From NCBI RefSeq assembly GCF_009834535.1, contig NC_045696.1, forward strand, positions 96,598,001 to 96,662,000: 64,000 nucleotides of DNA, read 5' to 3'. The notes beneath the pieces were generated by a model, which did not search any database, had not been told where the DNA came from, and saw nothing but the letters and a program-made list of their open reading frames with translations. The DNA is from Camelus ferus. Lineage: Eukaryota. Positions within the stretch are counted from its first letter, which is position 1. Every line of letters begins with the position of its first letter. Shown one piece after another: positions 51,401 to 63,751 of the stretch. The translations under genes and the position numbers were made by a program.

Positions 51401-53469
51401 GTGTACTCTTTACAGCTTCCTTCCTAGAGCTGAAATCTTATTTCCTCTCCTAAGGCTGAGATTTCATGTGTTTGTTCCCATAAATCCACCTTTTATATAT
51501 TCCCATCCAAGACTGTTGCCACTTTACATGAAGGACTCCTACCCCCAGTAATGATGGGTAGGTAATTTGGATGAACTTTCCCACTGAGGACCTCTACAAA
51601 AACTTAGTTTTTAAAAATCCACTTAAAGGCATTTAAGCTGGCAAAGCAGTTAAAACAACAGAGAAGGTAAAAATCTAAAGAGGTGCATTTGGACTTGCTG
51701 TGTTCCTGGGCATTTACCAATTCTAGAAGAGGCAAATGAGAAGCCGAGCAAGATTTCTGACAGCCTTGAATTGGCTAAGGGAATAAAAGAATGAGACTCA
51801 GAGCCCACCAAGTACAGGGGAGAGGTGCTGGTAACCCCCACACTTGAGACCAGTTCCCAGAAAGCTGCATTCTAAACAGGGTGAAGTGGAACAGCCCGTG
51901 TAGGGATGTAATCTAGCTTTGAATCGTGGTAATCACTAAAATTGGATTAAGGTGATCCCGGATCACCACCTCTCCTAGATTCCTGCCTGCAGCAAATGTA
52001 ATTCCTCTCCAGAGAAAGATAATCCTAAACCTCAAATTACTTCCACAAAGTTTTTCAAATAATGCCTGGCATGCAACAAAAAATAACCAAGTGACAAGAT
52101 TACATGAGCAATAACAACAACAAATAAGCAGAAAAAGAGATGAAAGAAACACACTGGATACTGGAGTTATCAGGCATAGACTTAAAAATAACTATGCTTA
52201 CAATGTTAAAAGAGACAAAAGACTGAAAATTTCAATTCAAAAATACCGAAATATTAAAAAGGACAGAGAAGATGGTTTATGTATATTCCACATTCCATAT
52301 AATTTCACAGTTGAAATTCTAGAATTAGGAAACCAGGTGCTAACCCCTGATTTTGGAGAGAGGTTTTTGAGAGCTCATCCGTATGAGCGAAATGCCACGA
52401 AACGGGTTCTCCAAAGAAATGAAAAGAAAGAAATCTCAGCAATCATAGGGCTTTATAACTAACTACTGGTACCTGGGCCGGAAAGTGAAGAGCTCATAAA
52501 ATTAAACCAGGAGAAGAAACACGAACTTTCATAAAGTTTCCATATAAAACTCATCCCTGGTATAGAAATTGAGCCACCTAGATTTTCCTCTCTGCTCAGC
52601 CATGGTCTTTTCCTACACAAACCCCTGCTTTTTTCTTTCGTCTTTAGAAGCTCAGACCCCGTCAGCTTGCAGCTGTTCTGCATTCGAGATCTAAGCTCCC
52701 GCAACTTTCCCACTGCGTCATCCAGTGAGGTTTGAAAGGGGCTCTGGGTCAGCAAATGGGATGACGGGACAGACCAGAACAAGCCCCTGGGCACTGCCCC
52801 TGAAATTTTAAGATTATTTCTTAGCATCTGAATAGGGCAGAACACATTCTACCTCCTCCTTCTTCATCCCTTTCTCCTCACCTTCTCTCTGCCGCCCCCG
52901 CCCACCGCTTACCCTACTCCCACCAGGGGACCCAGGAACTGAAAGGGGAGCAGAGAGTTTTCCAGCCGCTGCAAGGCAGCCCGTGTTGAGCCACGTTTAA
53001 GCACATTTCCTCTCGCCTCCAGAAGGGAAACCTCACAGGGCTGCGGCTGAGGGAAAGGGACTGAGTCCTCCAGACCACAAGGTGGGAACATAATGAAAGC
53101 TCTTCAGCATGATATATATAGGTATTTATTTACCTTTAAAAACAACTCAGGTAATACCGTCAATATGTATTTGTTGCAAAATATCTATATACAGGTGCAC
53201 ACAGAGCTAAAGTTAAAGGACAGCTTCACTCCCCCTACGCCCAATATATTCGCACTCCATAGAGGAATTTGTTTTTAACGTTAAAGAAAGAAAGAAAGAA
53301 AAAAAAAAAGCCCTCTCCGGCATGTCTATGTATACCACTGTATTTATCTCCATCTGTTTCTAGGGTGCTGCCGGCTGTACCTGAGGGGTAGCAAACGTGT
53401 GATTATTCGTTTCTTTAGAGAAGTTCCAGCTACTGCACTACCTAGGTTAGAACAGAAAGTCACTTTTAC

Positions 53470-53960
53470 CTCAGCCATCTATTGCCGTGTAACAAACCAC
53501 CCCCAAACTTCGTGACTTGTAAAACAAAACACTCACCATTTTACTTCGCTTACACTGCGCGCGCGGGTCCTCAGTCCTGGGCCGGGGTTCCGCCCTGAGG
53601 GCGGTGGGTGGTGGGCAGGCTGCGCGCTCACTCGCCCGCAGCGGGTCGGCTGACTGGCGGGTGCAGGACCTTCAGCTGCAGCTGCTCGGGCTCGTCCGGC
53701 TCCACGCGGCCTCGCACCCGCCAGAGGACTAGCCCAGGATTCCGCACGTGGCGACCTCGGGGTTCCTAGCAGGCAAGCCGCCCCACGTGCGAGTGCTTTT
53801 GTACCGCGGCTTACGTGTTTGCTAACGCCCCATTGGTCACAACAAGTCACATGACTCATAACCAACTGCAAAGAGTGGAGAAATGGACTCCACCTCTTGA
53901 GAGGAGAAGTAGCAAAGTTACTGTTACATTAAGAGGGTGTGGGGAGGAATTTGCAGGCAG
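53470..53960 (-). mobile_element. MaLR (MLT1-type) LTR, unusually CpG-rich
   Basis: ctattgccgtgtaacaaaccacccccaaact and cattggtcac...aagtcacatg...actccacctcttga are MLT1 hallmarks in reverse orientation. Confidence 0.75.
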
Positions 53961-55115
53961 CTATTAAAAGGACCACACTCCCTAAGGGCATGTTTAGGGC
54001 ACCTGGGAATTCTTAGCGCTGTCTCTCTTAGAAGCTACATCACCGGGTCAGAAGGGCAGGTAGCTACAGTGTCTAGGGGAAACGTGCACCCCTTTTCAGA
54101 TTCTTTGTGTTCTGAGTGTTTAAGGGAAAAATCTCCCTCAAGTGCCAGAGCCTGGGAGGAAGGCAGACGGTAGTAGTGCTGGGTCTGAGAGGTGGTGGAT
54201 GCCAGTTTGGGGCAGCTATGAGGAAAACAGAACAGGCTAAGAGCTGTTTTGTGAATCCAAACAAGGGGCACTTAGCAACCAGGATGTGCATTATCTTGGA
54301 AAGCTCGGCACAGCAGCCTGTGTGTTGAGTTTGTGCCTACTAGGCAGGTAGGGGCTTAAGTGATTCACTGGGAAAGGAAAATGAGTGTGACCACTTTTAC
54401 ACCAAGTTTAGGGAAAAGTTTATACTAATTATATGTATTTTAGTTATGTTTAGTTATTAAAACTAATGTTTTACTTCATGAAATTTGCCAAGTTTCGATT
54501 TGTACACTTTTCCACCTGGGTATTTTAAAGGTTTGCACTTTAAAAAAAAAAAACTGCCCCAAATTGACTGTAATAGTACAAAGAACACGTGGGGGTTCTG
54601 TGGGTTTGTGAAGGTTAACACTGCCCAGGAAACCAGGTGATTTGAGTTCTAGTCCCCACATTGCCTCTAACTAGTTCTGGGCTAAGACCAAGTGTCTGAG
54701 CCAGAGCTGCTCACCTGTGAGGTTAGGGGTCATTTTATAACTAAAACCCGTCTACTTTTATTAAATAACTAACAGGCCTTTGGGACACAGTGGAGGATAA
54801 GGTAGATAAATTTCCTGGCATGGTAGGACTCGAAACCTAGTAAGTACAAATAGACAAATACACAAGAAGAAGTGCCTGTGATCTGTGGGCTCTCTGAAGG
54901 GAGTAGCATTAGGGACAAGGGAAGGAGGGGGTTGGGAGCACCTCCTGGAAATCATGAAAGATGAGTAGGTGTTAGCCAGCTGAGGCCAGGGGAAAAGCCT
55001 GAAGGTAGTAGGAACATGCTACAAGTCCTGAGGGAAGAGACACATGGTGGATTTAAGGAACCCAAAGACATTCAGTAGGACCTGAACACAGAAGGAGCAG
55101 GTAAGAGTCTTATGA

Positions 55116-55684
55116 TGAGATGGGAAGCCACATAAAAAAGACCAGCAGGACCCCTAGACAGGGCCACTACTCTCCTGCCAGTACCAACCGGTTCCCTGGC
55201 CCAGCGGCTCTATCTCACTTTTTGTCTCTGAAATGGCTTGCTTCTAGGAAAGTGGAAATTACCCCTAAAATTCTATTCGTTCCCTAAGCTAACTCCCGGT
55301 TGGTCCATTTGTAGTACTTCATTTGCATGGAGATCACTCCTGATTGGTTACTTCTCTCTCTCCTGATTGGTCCATCTCCCTCACTCCTGATTGGTTATTT
55401 CTCTCCCTCCTGATTGGTCCATTTCTACAAAGCTTGTTCCTAATTAGTCAACTTTTGTTATACCTTATTTGCATATGATGTTGCAAAGTGTAAACTGGCA
55501 GTCTATAAAAACTTGTGTAAACCTAAGCTGGGGTCCAGAGCTTGGAGTATTAACTCTTCTGGGCCTGCTGACTAATAAACCTGAGTTCTCCAACTCTCCA
55601 TATGCTGCTTGCTCTCTCGCCGGGATCCAGGTTGCTGTCGCAACTAAGCTGTAACACCGAGCTGTAACACATTTTTCTGTAACA
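55116..55684 (+). mobile_element. ERV solo LTR (probably lineage-specific)
   Basis: TG...gtaACA ends, tandem CCAAT boxes, TATA (ctataaaa ~55503), AATAAA ~55575. Inserted in L2-like sequence. Left boundary approximate. Confidence 0.8.
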
Positions 55685-56444
55685 TTGAGAAGCAGCTGGA
55701 GAAGGAGGGCCACAGCTTATCAAAGCAGCTGACGCCCCAACCCTGGCTGCCCTAGTCACTGATACAAGTCGTTGATGGGACAGGGTGAACACGACCCAGA
55801 CTCCTAAAACACCCTCTCTTGTCCTAACAGGCTTTCTTTACTCACCTCTGTTGCCAACGCATTTCTTCTGCCCTTGCGGCTGCACCTCAAACACACTGTC
55901 AAAAATATTGCTCATTACAGTTGCCTTCGATCAGGTCTCCTTAAGCCTTTGTGCTCCCATAATCTAGAGTCTAGTTGAGTAGACTAATCTAGTTGAGTCA
56001 AGTCGAGCCTAGTTTAAAACGTAAAGCAGTCCTTGCTCAGAGCCCTCCAATGGCTCCCCGCCTTACTCAGAGGAAAAGCCAAGGCCCCACACAATTGATC
56101 ACTTGCTTCCTCTGTTCCAGACTGGCTGGGCCTTGTGTGCCTGGAACACTCTTCCCAGGATCCCCATGGGTGCTCCCGTGCTTTCTTCAGGCCTTTGCTC
56201 AGGTATTACCCTCCTAGAGAGGTGTTCTGTGCCCACCTCTCCAAAAGGCAACTATTCTTGCCCACAACTCTGCATCCCTCCCACGTATACTCACTTTAAG
56301 TTTCTCCATAGCACTTATGACCTTCAGACTTACTGTTTATTGTGTGGTCCTCCCCCAGCGTAAGCACCATGAGTGAGAACAGAAGCCTTGTGTACTACTG
56401 CTTTCCCAGGGCCTGGAACAATGCCTGCACACTTGGTAAATATA

Positions 56445-56600
56445 TTTTTAAAATATTTTTTAAACCTATTTTTGTGTTTGTTGGGGAGGGGAGGCAGGTA
56501 ATTAAGTTTATTTAATTATTTAATGGAGGTACCGGGGATTAAACCCAGGACATTGTGCATGCTAAGCATGTACTCTACCACTGAGCTATACCCTGCCCGC
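56445..56600 (-). mobile_element. tRNA-derived SINE (Vic-1-like)
   Basis: Same head on the - strand; imperfect TSD cttggtaaat / cttagtaaat. Confidence 0.85.
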
Positions 56601-57084
56601 TTAGTAAATTTTTTTTTAATGAATGACTATTAAGTGTACTAAATGAATGGATGGATGGATGGATGGATGGTCCTGTAGGAGGCAGAAAGAGGACGGATGG
56701 CCCTGGAGTGGTTCGTTTCAGCAAGGACAAAGGGCAATTACTTCTTTGTAACTGCAGGGACCGTCCAGAGACAAGGAACAAGATATACAGTTAAGCTTAT
56801 GGACTGAAAGCAATGGAATCAAAAGGGTAGTGAAGCTGGACTTAACCGTAAAAAAAAAAAAAAAAACTAGTAAGAGGATAAGAGGATATAAAGTCAGGGA
56901 AGGGAAAGCAGGAGGACTTAGGGACTTGAGGTGATGAGTGTTTGCTATATCTCCCCTTCCTCAAGGCAGCCTCTGCTGATTGCATAGCAGTGGCATTTAA
57001 CATGCTTTGAGAAACCTTCTTCTGAAAGGAGCTTGTGGGAAAGGAGGGGGTTCTGACAGGTAGAAAGATGCCCTCATAGCTAAC

Positions 57085-57451
57085 TGCTATTGTCTAAATG
57101 TTTGTGTCACCCCAAAAGTCATGTGTTGAAATCCTAATGCCCAGTGTGATGGTATTAGGAGGTGGGGCCTTTGGGAGATGCTTAGGTCACGAGGGTGAAG
57201 CCTCATGAATGGGATCAGTGTTCTTATAAAAGAGACCCCTCAGTGCTCCCCAGCCCCTTCCACCATGTGAGGACAGAGTAGAAACACAGAGGTCCATGAA
57301 CCAGGAAGCAGGCTCTCATCAGACACCAAATCTGCTACCACCTTGATCTTGGACTTCCCAGCCTCCAGAACTGTAAGAAATAAATTCCTGTTGTTTATAA
57401 GCTGCCCTGTCTATGGAATTTTTGTTATAGCAGCCGGAACGGACTAAGACA
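57085..57451 (+). mobile_element. MLT1A-type MaLR solo LTR
   Basis: tgctattgtctaaatgtttgtgtc...ggaggtggggcctttgggag...ccagcctccagaactgtaagaaataaa...ggactaagaca; TSD ctaac / ctaat. Confidence 0.9.
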
Positions 57452-57879
57452 CTAATGTAGTCAGGCAGTCTTCATCAGCCCTCAGCAAGACTGCAGTTTT
57501 TTGCTATTGTTCTTCTACTCTGAATGAGAACAATGCTCAACAAAAGCACTCTGAAAACCCTACACTTTCTTCCCAAACAGAGCAGTATCTTATAGCATGG
57601 TTCAAATATTCTGCATACAAATAAGAAGACTGCACCAGGCAAAAATTTACTCTTGCCTTTCTCAAAGTAGCCATATTCATGGCAGTCTTCAGAGAGAAAA
57701 TGGCAAATAGAAAGGGAGACAAAATACCAAATGATTACAACAGAGAGTAATGATATAATATGATATACTTTTGATAGGAAAAAAATGTTTTAAATCTACT
57801 TACACTGGAAGCACCTAAAACATTATTTTATAGATCATAGAAATAATATTATTTCCTAAACAAAACTATGTGCTCTTAT

Positions 57880-58395
57880 ATGGAAACAACCTACGTGTCC
57901 ATCAACATAGGAGTGGATAAAGATGTGGTATATATATAAATGGAATATTACTCAGCCATAAAAAAGAAGGAAGTAATGCCATCTGCAGCAACATGGATGG
58001 ACCTAGAGATTATCACACTAAGTGAAGTAAGTCAGACAGAGAAAGACAAATATTATATGATAGCACTTATATGTGTAATCTAAAGAAATAGTACAAATGA
58101 ACTTATTTACAAGACTGAAACAGTCACACAGACATAGAAAACAAACTTACGGTTACCAGAGGGGAAGGAGGTAAGGGATAAACTAGAAGAATAGGATTAA
58201 TAGATACATACTACCACATATAAAACAGATAGCAAGGATGTGTTGCATAGCATAGAGAACTATATTCAATATCTTTTAATAATCTAGAATAGAAAAGAAC
58301 TGAAAAAAGGAATATATATAAATATATACAAAAAACTGAATCAATTTGAAAGTAACAATATTGTAAATCAACTATACTTCAATTTAAAAAAAAAA
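57880..58395 (+). mobile_element. LINE-1 3' end
   Basis: ggaaacaacctacgtgtccatcaac...poly-A; TSD aaaactatgtg(c/g)tctta. Confidence 0.9.
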
Positions 58396-59785
58396 CTATG
58401 TGGTCTTAAAAAATAAAATACAAGATCAGTTCTCAATAAGAAACTTAAAATATATATATTTATAATGTAATAAATATAATAACTGAACTTTATCTCAAAA
58501 TAGCCCATGAAGTAGGCAGATCAGGGGTCTCAGATGCAGGACTGAGGCTCAGCAAGGTCAAAGTTCCACAGTTAGTGAGGGTGGTGCCTGGCTTTCAGAT
58601 CCCAAGCCCCCAACTCCAGTGAGGCACTGGGAATAAGGGAAGGGGAAACATTAAAAGGCCCAGCATTATTTTGCCTCTGAATGACCAAAAAAGGAGAGTG
58701 ATTCCATCATGGGGAAATAAAAAATTGTTCTTTGTAGAGTAAGTGGACCCAAGGGAAAGAGATTCCTAAGACTTTCAAGAAGGCCTTAACAAAGTACCTC
58801 TAAATAAGGGACACTGTAAAATTAATTCACCACACAGTTGAGAAAATGCCAGAGTCACAGAACCGCGCTGGGGGCAGGCAGCTCAGAATAAGCACTTTTT
58901 CCCTTGCTCTCTCCCAGCCCCCATCTCAGCCCACATCCTGACTCCCATTCTGCTCTCTGAGGACCCTGGAAACAAACAAACTTGCCTTTTCTCAAACAAG
59001 TCACTTCCCATATGCAGAAGTGGCCGGCTGAATGTCATGACCTCTAGGATCCTTCCCAGCATCAAAATGCTTTGATTGCCCAGAAAATGGTTGGGCTATT
59101 TTTTTAACCCATTGATCTTATTTGTACCTGGACATCACACACACTGGCCGGTGCCGGCCCCTTTCCTACCCTGGGCACGCTGGAATGCTTCTGAATGCTT
59201 TTCACTCTCCTCTCCAAACACCCACATTTTACCCTTCCTTCCAAAGCAGCTCAAATGTCCTCTCATCTGTGCTCCTGACTGCTCTGATAACCTGCAAGAG
59301 CGCTTCTTCCAACAACATTCCATGGATTTTTTTCTCAGATTCCCTGGAGTGCAGGGCAATTTCGTGCCTCTTGCCTGCCTTGTTCTGCCCCAGTGCCTGA
59401 GAGCTTGCCGGACTCTGGCCCCTGCACAAGTACTGTTGGTGGGTTGTGAGGGCAGGGACCACGCCTCTCCTACTCACTGCCAGAGCCCAGCACCCAGCAG
59501 AGGGCTGGCTCACAGTCCTCAATGAACATTGGTTTGATTTGAGAATCATAAAATAGTGCTTAGTGATCCTAGACACTTCACTTCTCACTTTCTGCTCCCT
59601 TGGGAGCCCTGTAAAAGTCCCTGGGCTGGAAAACTCAAGGCTGTAAGTCTCTGAGGCCAGGAAACGACCTGATCCTCACAGGTGGACCTCAGTATTATTT
59701 CAAGCCGGTCTGATGCTTACAGCCAGGCCATTTAGTTCTCCTGTTGAATAGAAATATTCTCTAAAAATAGCAACCTCACATAAGG

Positions 59786-60151
59786 GGCTACAGCCTAGAA
59801 TGTTTGTGCCCCCTTAAAATTCATACATTGAAACGTAATCTCCAATATGATGGTTCTAGGAGGTGGGGCCTTTGGGCAATGATTAGGTCATAAGGACAGA
59901 GCCCTCATGAATGGGATTAGTGCCCTTATAAAAGAGGCTCAAGAGAGTTCCCTCATTCCTTCTGCCATGTGAGGACATGTCTAAAAGACAGAGGTCTATG
60001 ACCCAGGAAATGGGCTCTCACCAGATACCAGACTTGCCATTGCCTCGATCTTGGATTCCCCAGCCTCCAGAACTGTGAGAAATAAACTCCTGTTGTTTAT
60101 AAGCACCAGGTCTATGGTATTTTGTTACAGCAGCCCAAACCAAGTAAGGCA
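59786..60151 (+). mobile_element. Second MLT1A-type MaLR solo LTR
   Basis: Same motifs as the copy at 57085-57451. Confidence 0.88.
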
Positions 60152-60913
60152 CAGGGTTACTGTGATGCCATGATAAAATGAAACAAAACAAAGCCACTTC
60201 ATAATTTTGTTTAAGCACAAACAAAACTAAGGTCACTGTTCCACCACAAAATACCCCATCACAGAATAACCCACTTTCTGACAGCATCCAATTCAGAGCA
60301 AAACCCTGCTTCTTAGACCCTCTCCCAATTCATCCAACCAAAGAGTAAATCCTGTGTTAGTTTCTTTCTAACATCCTCTTACTAAGACACCTTGCTGTAA
60401 CAGTTGTAAACCCAACTTATTTAACTACACATGTATTCTTGGTGGCCTTTGGCAAAATGCTCTGATAGTTTAGGCAGTCATTTCACAGTTATTGATATCC
60501 ACAAACATCCTAGGAGTAAGTAGTAAGTATTATTATTTCCAGCTTATACCCAGGGAAACTGAGGCTGAAAGATGTAAGGTGATTTAGCAGAGATCATATA
60601 AGGGGACTTCTAAGTCTCACCCTGGTCATTTAATATTACGGTCAATCCAGATCCTTTTCACAACACCCAGATGTCCTACTCAACCACACAGAATCTCAGT
60701 TGGCTTCCTTTACCTTAGAGGTGAAGTAAACAGTAGGACACAACCCCTTCCACCAGGAACACTTCTCAGATTTGAGGGGCTTTTAAAAGGAAGCTGAACT
60801 ATAGAATGAAGTTGCATCTCCCAGTCTGAGTAGTAGATAAACAGATGTCCAATATATTATTCTGTATACTTTTCTGTGTGTATACAAATATTTTACACAA
60901 ATTTTAGTAAGTA

Positions 60914-61686
60914 TTAAACCATGCAGGACCCTGCGGGGCCCTCCCAGGTACAAAAGCTCTTCTGTGCCCTCTGTGTCTTGTTTGTAGAAAAAGGCTTCAA
61001 TCTCCTAGGGGCCTTCCTTGAGTCACAAATGCCTGGCTCAAGAACTCTATGGAAAGCATGGAGACATGTGGTGACAAAAACAGCAGTTAGGTCTAGACAG
61101 TTGGTAACACTTTAAACAGGAAATCAGCCATACAGCAGTCAGAGAATCTTTCATTTCTCCTTGAAAGACATAGGTAACAGTATCTGAGACATATTCTTGA
61201 GTTGTTTTGCAGATCCTACAACTGCCACCAGAAGGAAAAAGCTAATTGTGTGTTGACCAGACTGTAGCTATGACATAAACTGCTCCCTCTTGAGCAGCAC
61301 TGAGTCTACGGCTAGCACAATTCCACGTACTGGCCTCAAGGACTGGGACTAAACCAACGCTAGAGCTGAGATTAACTGCACTTAAAACAATCAAGATGGC
61401 ACTAACCAGAACAAAGTATGACCAGTTTGAAGATGACTATTGGAGCTGACTGTGCTGTTCTGCACGTAGCCCCTGCCTGCACATCCTTGAAAGCCTTCCT
61501 TTAAAAGCTCTTGCCCGCTGACTGGCAACTGGGAGATAGTTTGGGGGATGCTAGTTTGCCATCTCCCCAGGTTGTTAGCTTCCTGAACAAAATATCCTTC
61601 TTTTTCCACCAACCCTTGTCTCTCAAAACACTGGCTTCTGAGCCAGCAGCCCAACCTGAGTTCATTTCCAGTTTTCGAGGGTAACA
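60914..61686 (+). mobile_element. ERV1-type solo LTR about 0.9 kb upstream of the ERICH6 start codon
   Basis: 4-bp TSD agta (60910-60913 and 61687-61690), ends ggtaaca, TATA-like ctttaaaagc at ~61500, degenerate polyA signal ~61587. Confidence 0.75.
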
Positions 61687-62339
61687 AGTACAAGGAGCTG
61701 AAAACAAAGGCCCAGAAAGATGCAGGTGATGCCTAGGTGGCCAGATGCCTCAGACTTCCTCCACCTTTAGGACAGATGGATGAAACAAGCATCAAGCAGG
61801 CCCTGGACCAGACTAAGGCACTTCTCTCAGGTGCAAAATGCAAGGGGGCGCCAAAAATCTCATAATCAAGATAAATAATATTTAAGGCAGTAGTTTTTTT
61901 TTTTTTATCAAATTTACAAACTACGACCAAGGACTGGTGCCAGTTTTTGTAAATAAAGTTTTATCATAAGTTTCAACAGGCATCTGTCCACTCCAAAACC
62001 AAACTCCAGCTCAGCAACACCAAGTGGCCTTATGGGTGTCCACCTCTAGTAGCCACTCCCCTACCCAACTCCAAAAAAAAAAAAAAAAAAAAAAAAGACT
62101 GACTTTACAATAGTTTATAATAAACTTAAATGGAGTATGACCTATAAAAATTTTCAATGTTGTACACCTGAAACTAATATAATATTGTGAATCAACCACA
62201 TCTCAATTTAGAAAAGATTTTTTTTTTTTAATTGAAAAGACTGGCTCCAAAGGAATCGAGAGAAATTGAAAGGGGAGATAGATAGTCCCCGCAGACTGCT
62301 AGGATTCTCTGAGACTCAAGAGAGCAGTGCGAATGAAGC

Positions 62340-62661
62340 TTGCAGGAGTCCTAGCTTCGCCTGGCAGCTCTCTTCCCCTCCTCCCCTACGCCCCTCTCCC
62401 CGCCCAGGGGTTCTGCGGCTTTAATCTCGAGTCTGGGGGCCGAGCGGCAGGCGGTCGCCCAGGGAGACGGACGCACAAAAGGGTGCCGGCTCGCCCCTAA
62501 GCTGGGACCCGCCGGTGTCCGCCGCGCTAGCCGTGATCCCGCTTCCCGCCCGCCTTGGCCAACATGTACTCGCATGGCAGCTTCAGAAAGCCTGAGAAGG
62601 ACGAGGACCAGGAGGAGAACGAGGACGAGGATGTTACGGACGAGAAGGAGGAGGAGGTGAT

Positions 62662-62692
<31 letters not shown>

Positions 62693-62990
62693 AAGGAGGA
62701 CAAGGAGGCTGCGGACGTGGAGGGGGAGCTGGAGGTCCATGGGAAGCTCAGCGATGAGTTCTGGAAGTTTTTGGAACTCGGTGAAGGCAATGAGGAGGAC
62801 CAGAGAGCCTTTCGCCCCCGCTTAACCAGCGTCATCAGCCCCAGCCTGAGCCCGACGCCGCCGACGCTCAGCCCGACGCAGAGCCTGACGTGGAGCCAGA
62901 CCCCGCCAGACAGCGAGAGCACGCCCTCCACCATCTTCTCCCAGAAAAGTAGCGCCCCCCCCCCCCCCCCCCGTCCTGGAAGGCGTCCCT
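62340..62990. promoter_or_regulatory. ERICH6: CpG island / promoter of ERICH6
   Basis: CpG-rich tract surrounding the start of the Glu-rich ORF. Confidence 0.8.
62564..62948 (+). CDS. ERICH6: Glutamate-rich protein 6 (FAM194A), coding exon 1
   Basis: MYSHGSFRKPEKDEDQEENE...poly-Glu...RPRLTSVISPSL...STIFSQK resembles the human ERICH6 N-terminus as I recall it (RPRLASIVSPSL). ERICH6 is the syntenic neighbour of SIAH2. Phase-1 donor A|GTAGCG joins in frame to the next exon. Confidence 0.88.
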
Positions 62991-63417
62991 GTCCCTGGGG
63001 GAGAGCTGGTCCAATTAGGTCCAATTACTCCCGTACACCTGGGTGTCTATTTCCACTACACCACTTCACACACACTCCTATCTCAGTCCCTTCTGTCAAA
63101 GACACTGAAATCTTTTGCTGAGTGGTTATGATGGTTCACAATTTAGGATAAAGGTGAAACGCCTCATAAAACTGGAAACAGGCAGTGCTGTACAGAGGGC
63201 TCATTTTATAACACTTACGTCTACATTAATACAGTGATCGAGTCCTCTCATTCTCTGCCCCTCCTCCCACGTGCCACTCCTGCAGTAGAAGTATTGCCTT
63301 AAAGGTATTGTGCTACTAAAACAGTCCTGTAAAAAACAATTCACTTTTGTGCTTAATTTCCTGTGCTGAAACCACTCCAACCACTTTCTTAAAAAAGTGA
63401 GGCAGAGCAGTTACTTT

Positions 63418-63650
63418 GATAGGTTTGTCAATCTTCCAGTACTGATATTTGGGTCAGGATCACTCTTTGTAGGAGCGCATGTGTTGAGGGTGGGGGGAGG
63501 AACTGTCCGCAGGGTAGGATGTTTAGCAACATCCCTGGCGTCTACTTTTGACTATGCCATTAGCCATGCCTGGCTTTGTGACACTCAAAAATGCCTTTAG
63601 ACATTGCCAAATGTCTACCGGTGGCAAAACTGTCCTTTAGAGAACCACTG
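63418..63650 (-). mobile_element. MER20 element in ERICH6 intron 1
   Basis: ggatgtttagcaacatccctggc...gacattgccaaatgtc...gagaaccactg. Confidence 0.75.
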
Positions 63651-63693
63651 ATTTAAAGGGAATGGGTAAATTGTTTAATGTTTCATTCAACAG

Positions 63694-63751
63694 GTTTTCC
63701 TAAAATATTTCAGACATTTAGGAAAGACATATCTGAAGTGAATTTTGATAG
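63694..63751 (+). CDS. ERICH6: ERICH6 coding exon 2 (gene continues beyond the window)
   Basis: ttcattcaacAG acceptor, 58 nt encoding (S)[18 protein letters not shown](R), close to human [20 protein letters not shown] as recalled. Donor AG|GTAAGA. Confidence 0.9.

Noticed and set aside
55334..55425. Regularly spaced short repeats resembling a CRISPR array
   Set aside because: Eukaryotic LTR U3 tandem duplication. The spacers are themselves repeated and there are no cas genes.
57085..60151. Two MLT1A LTRs as ends of one provirus
   Set aside because: The first LTR has its own TSD, and the 2.3 kb between them is L1/MIR/L2-like sequence with no recognisable internal MaLR region.
62351..63024. 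Antisense ORFs rich in Leu or Ser
   Set aside because: Shadows of the GAG-rich ERICH6 coding strand.
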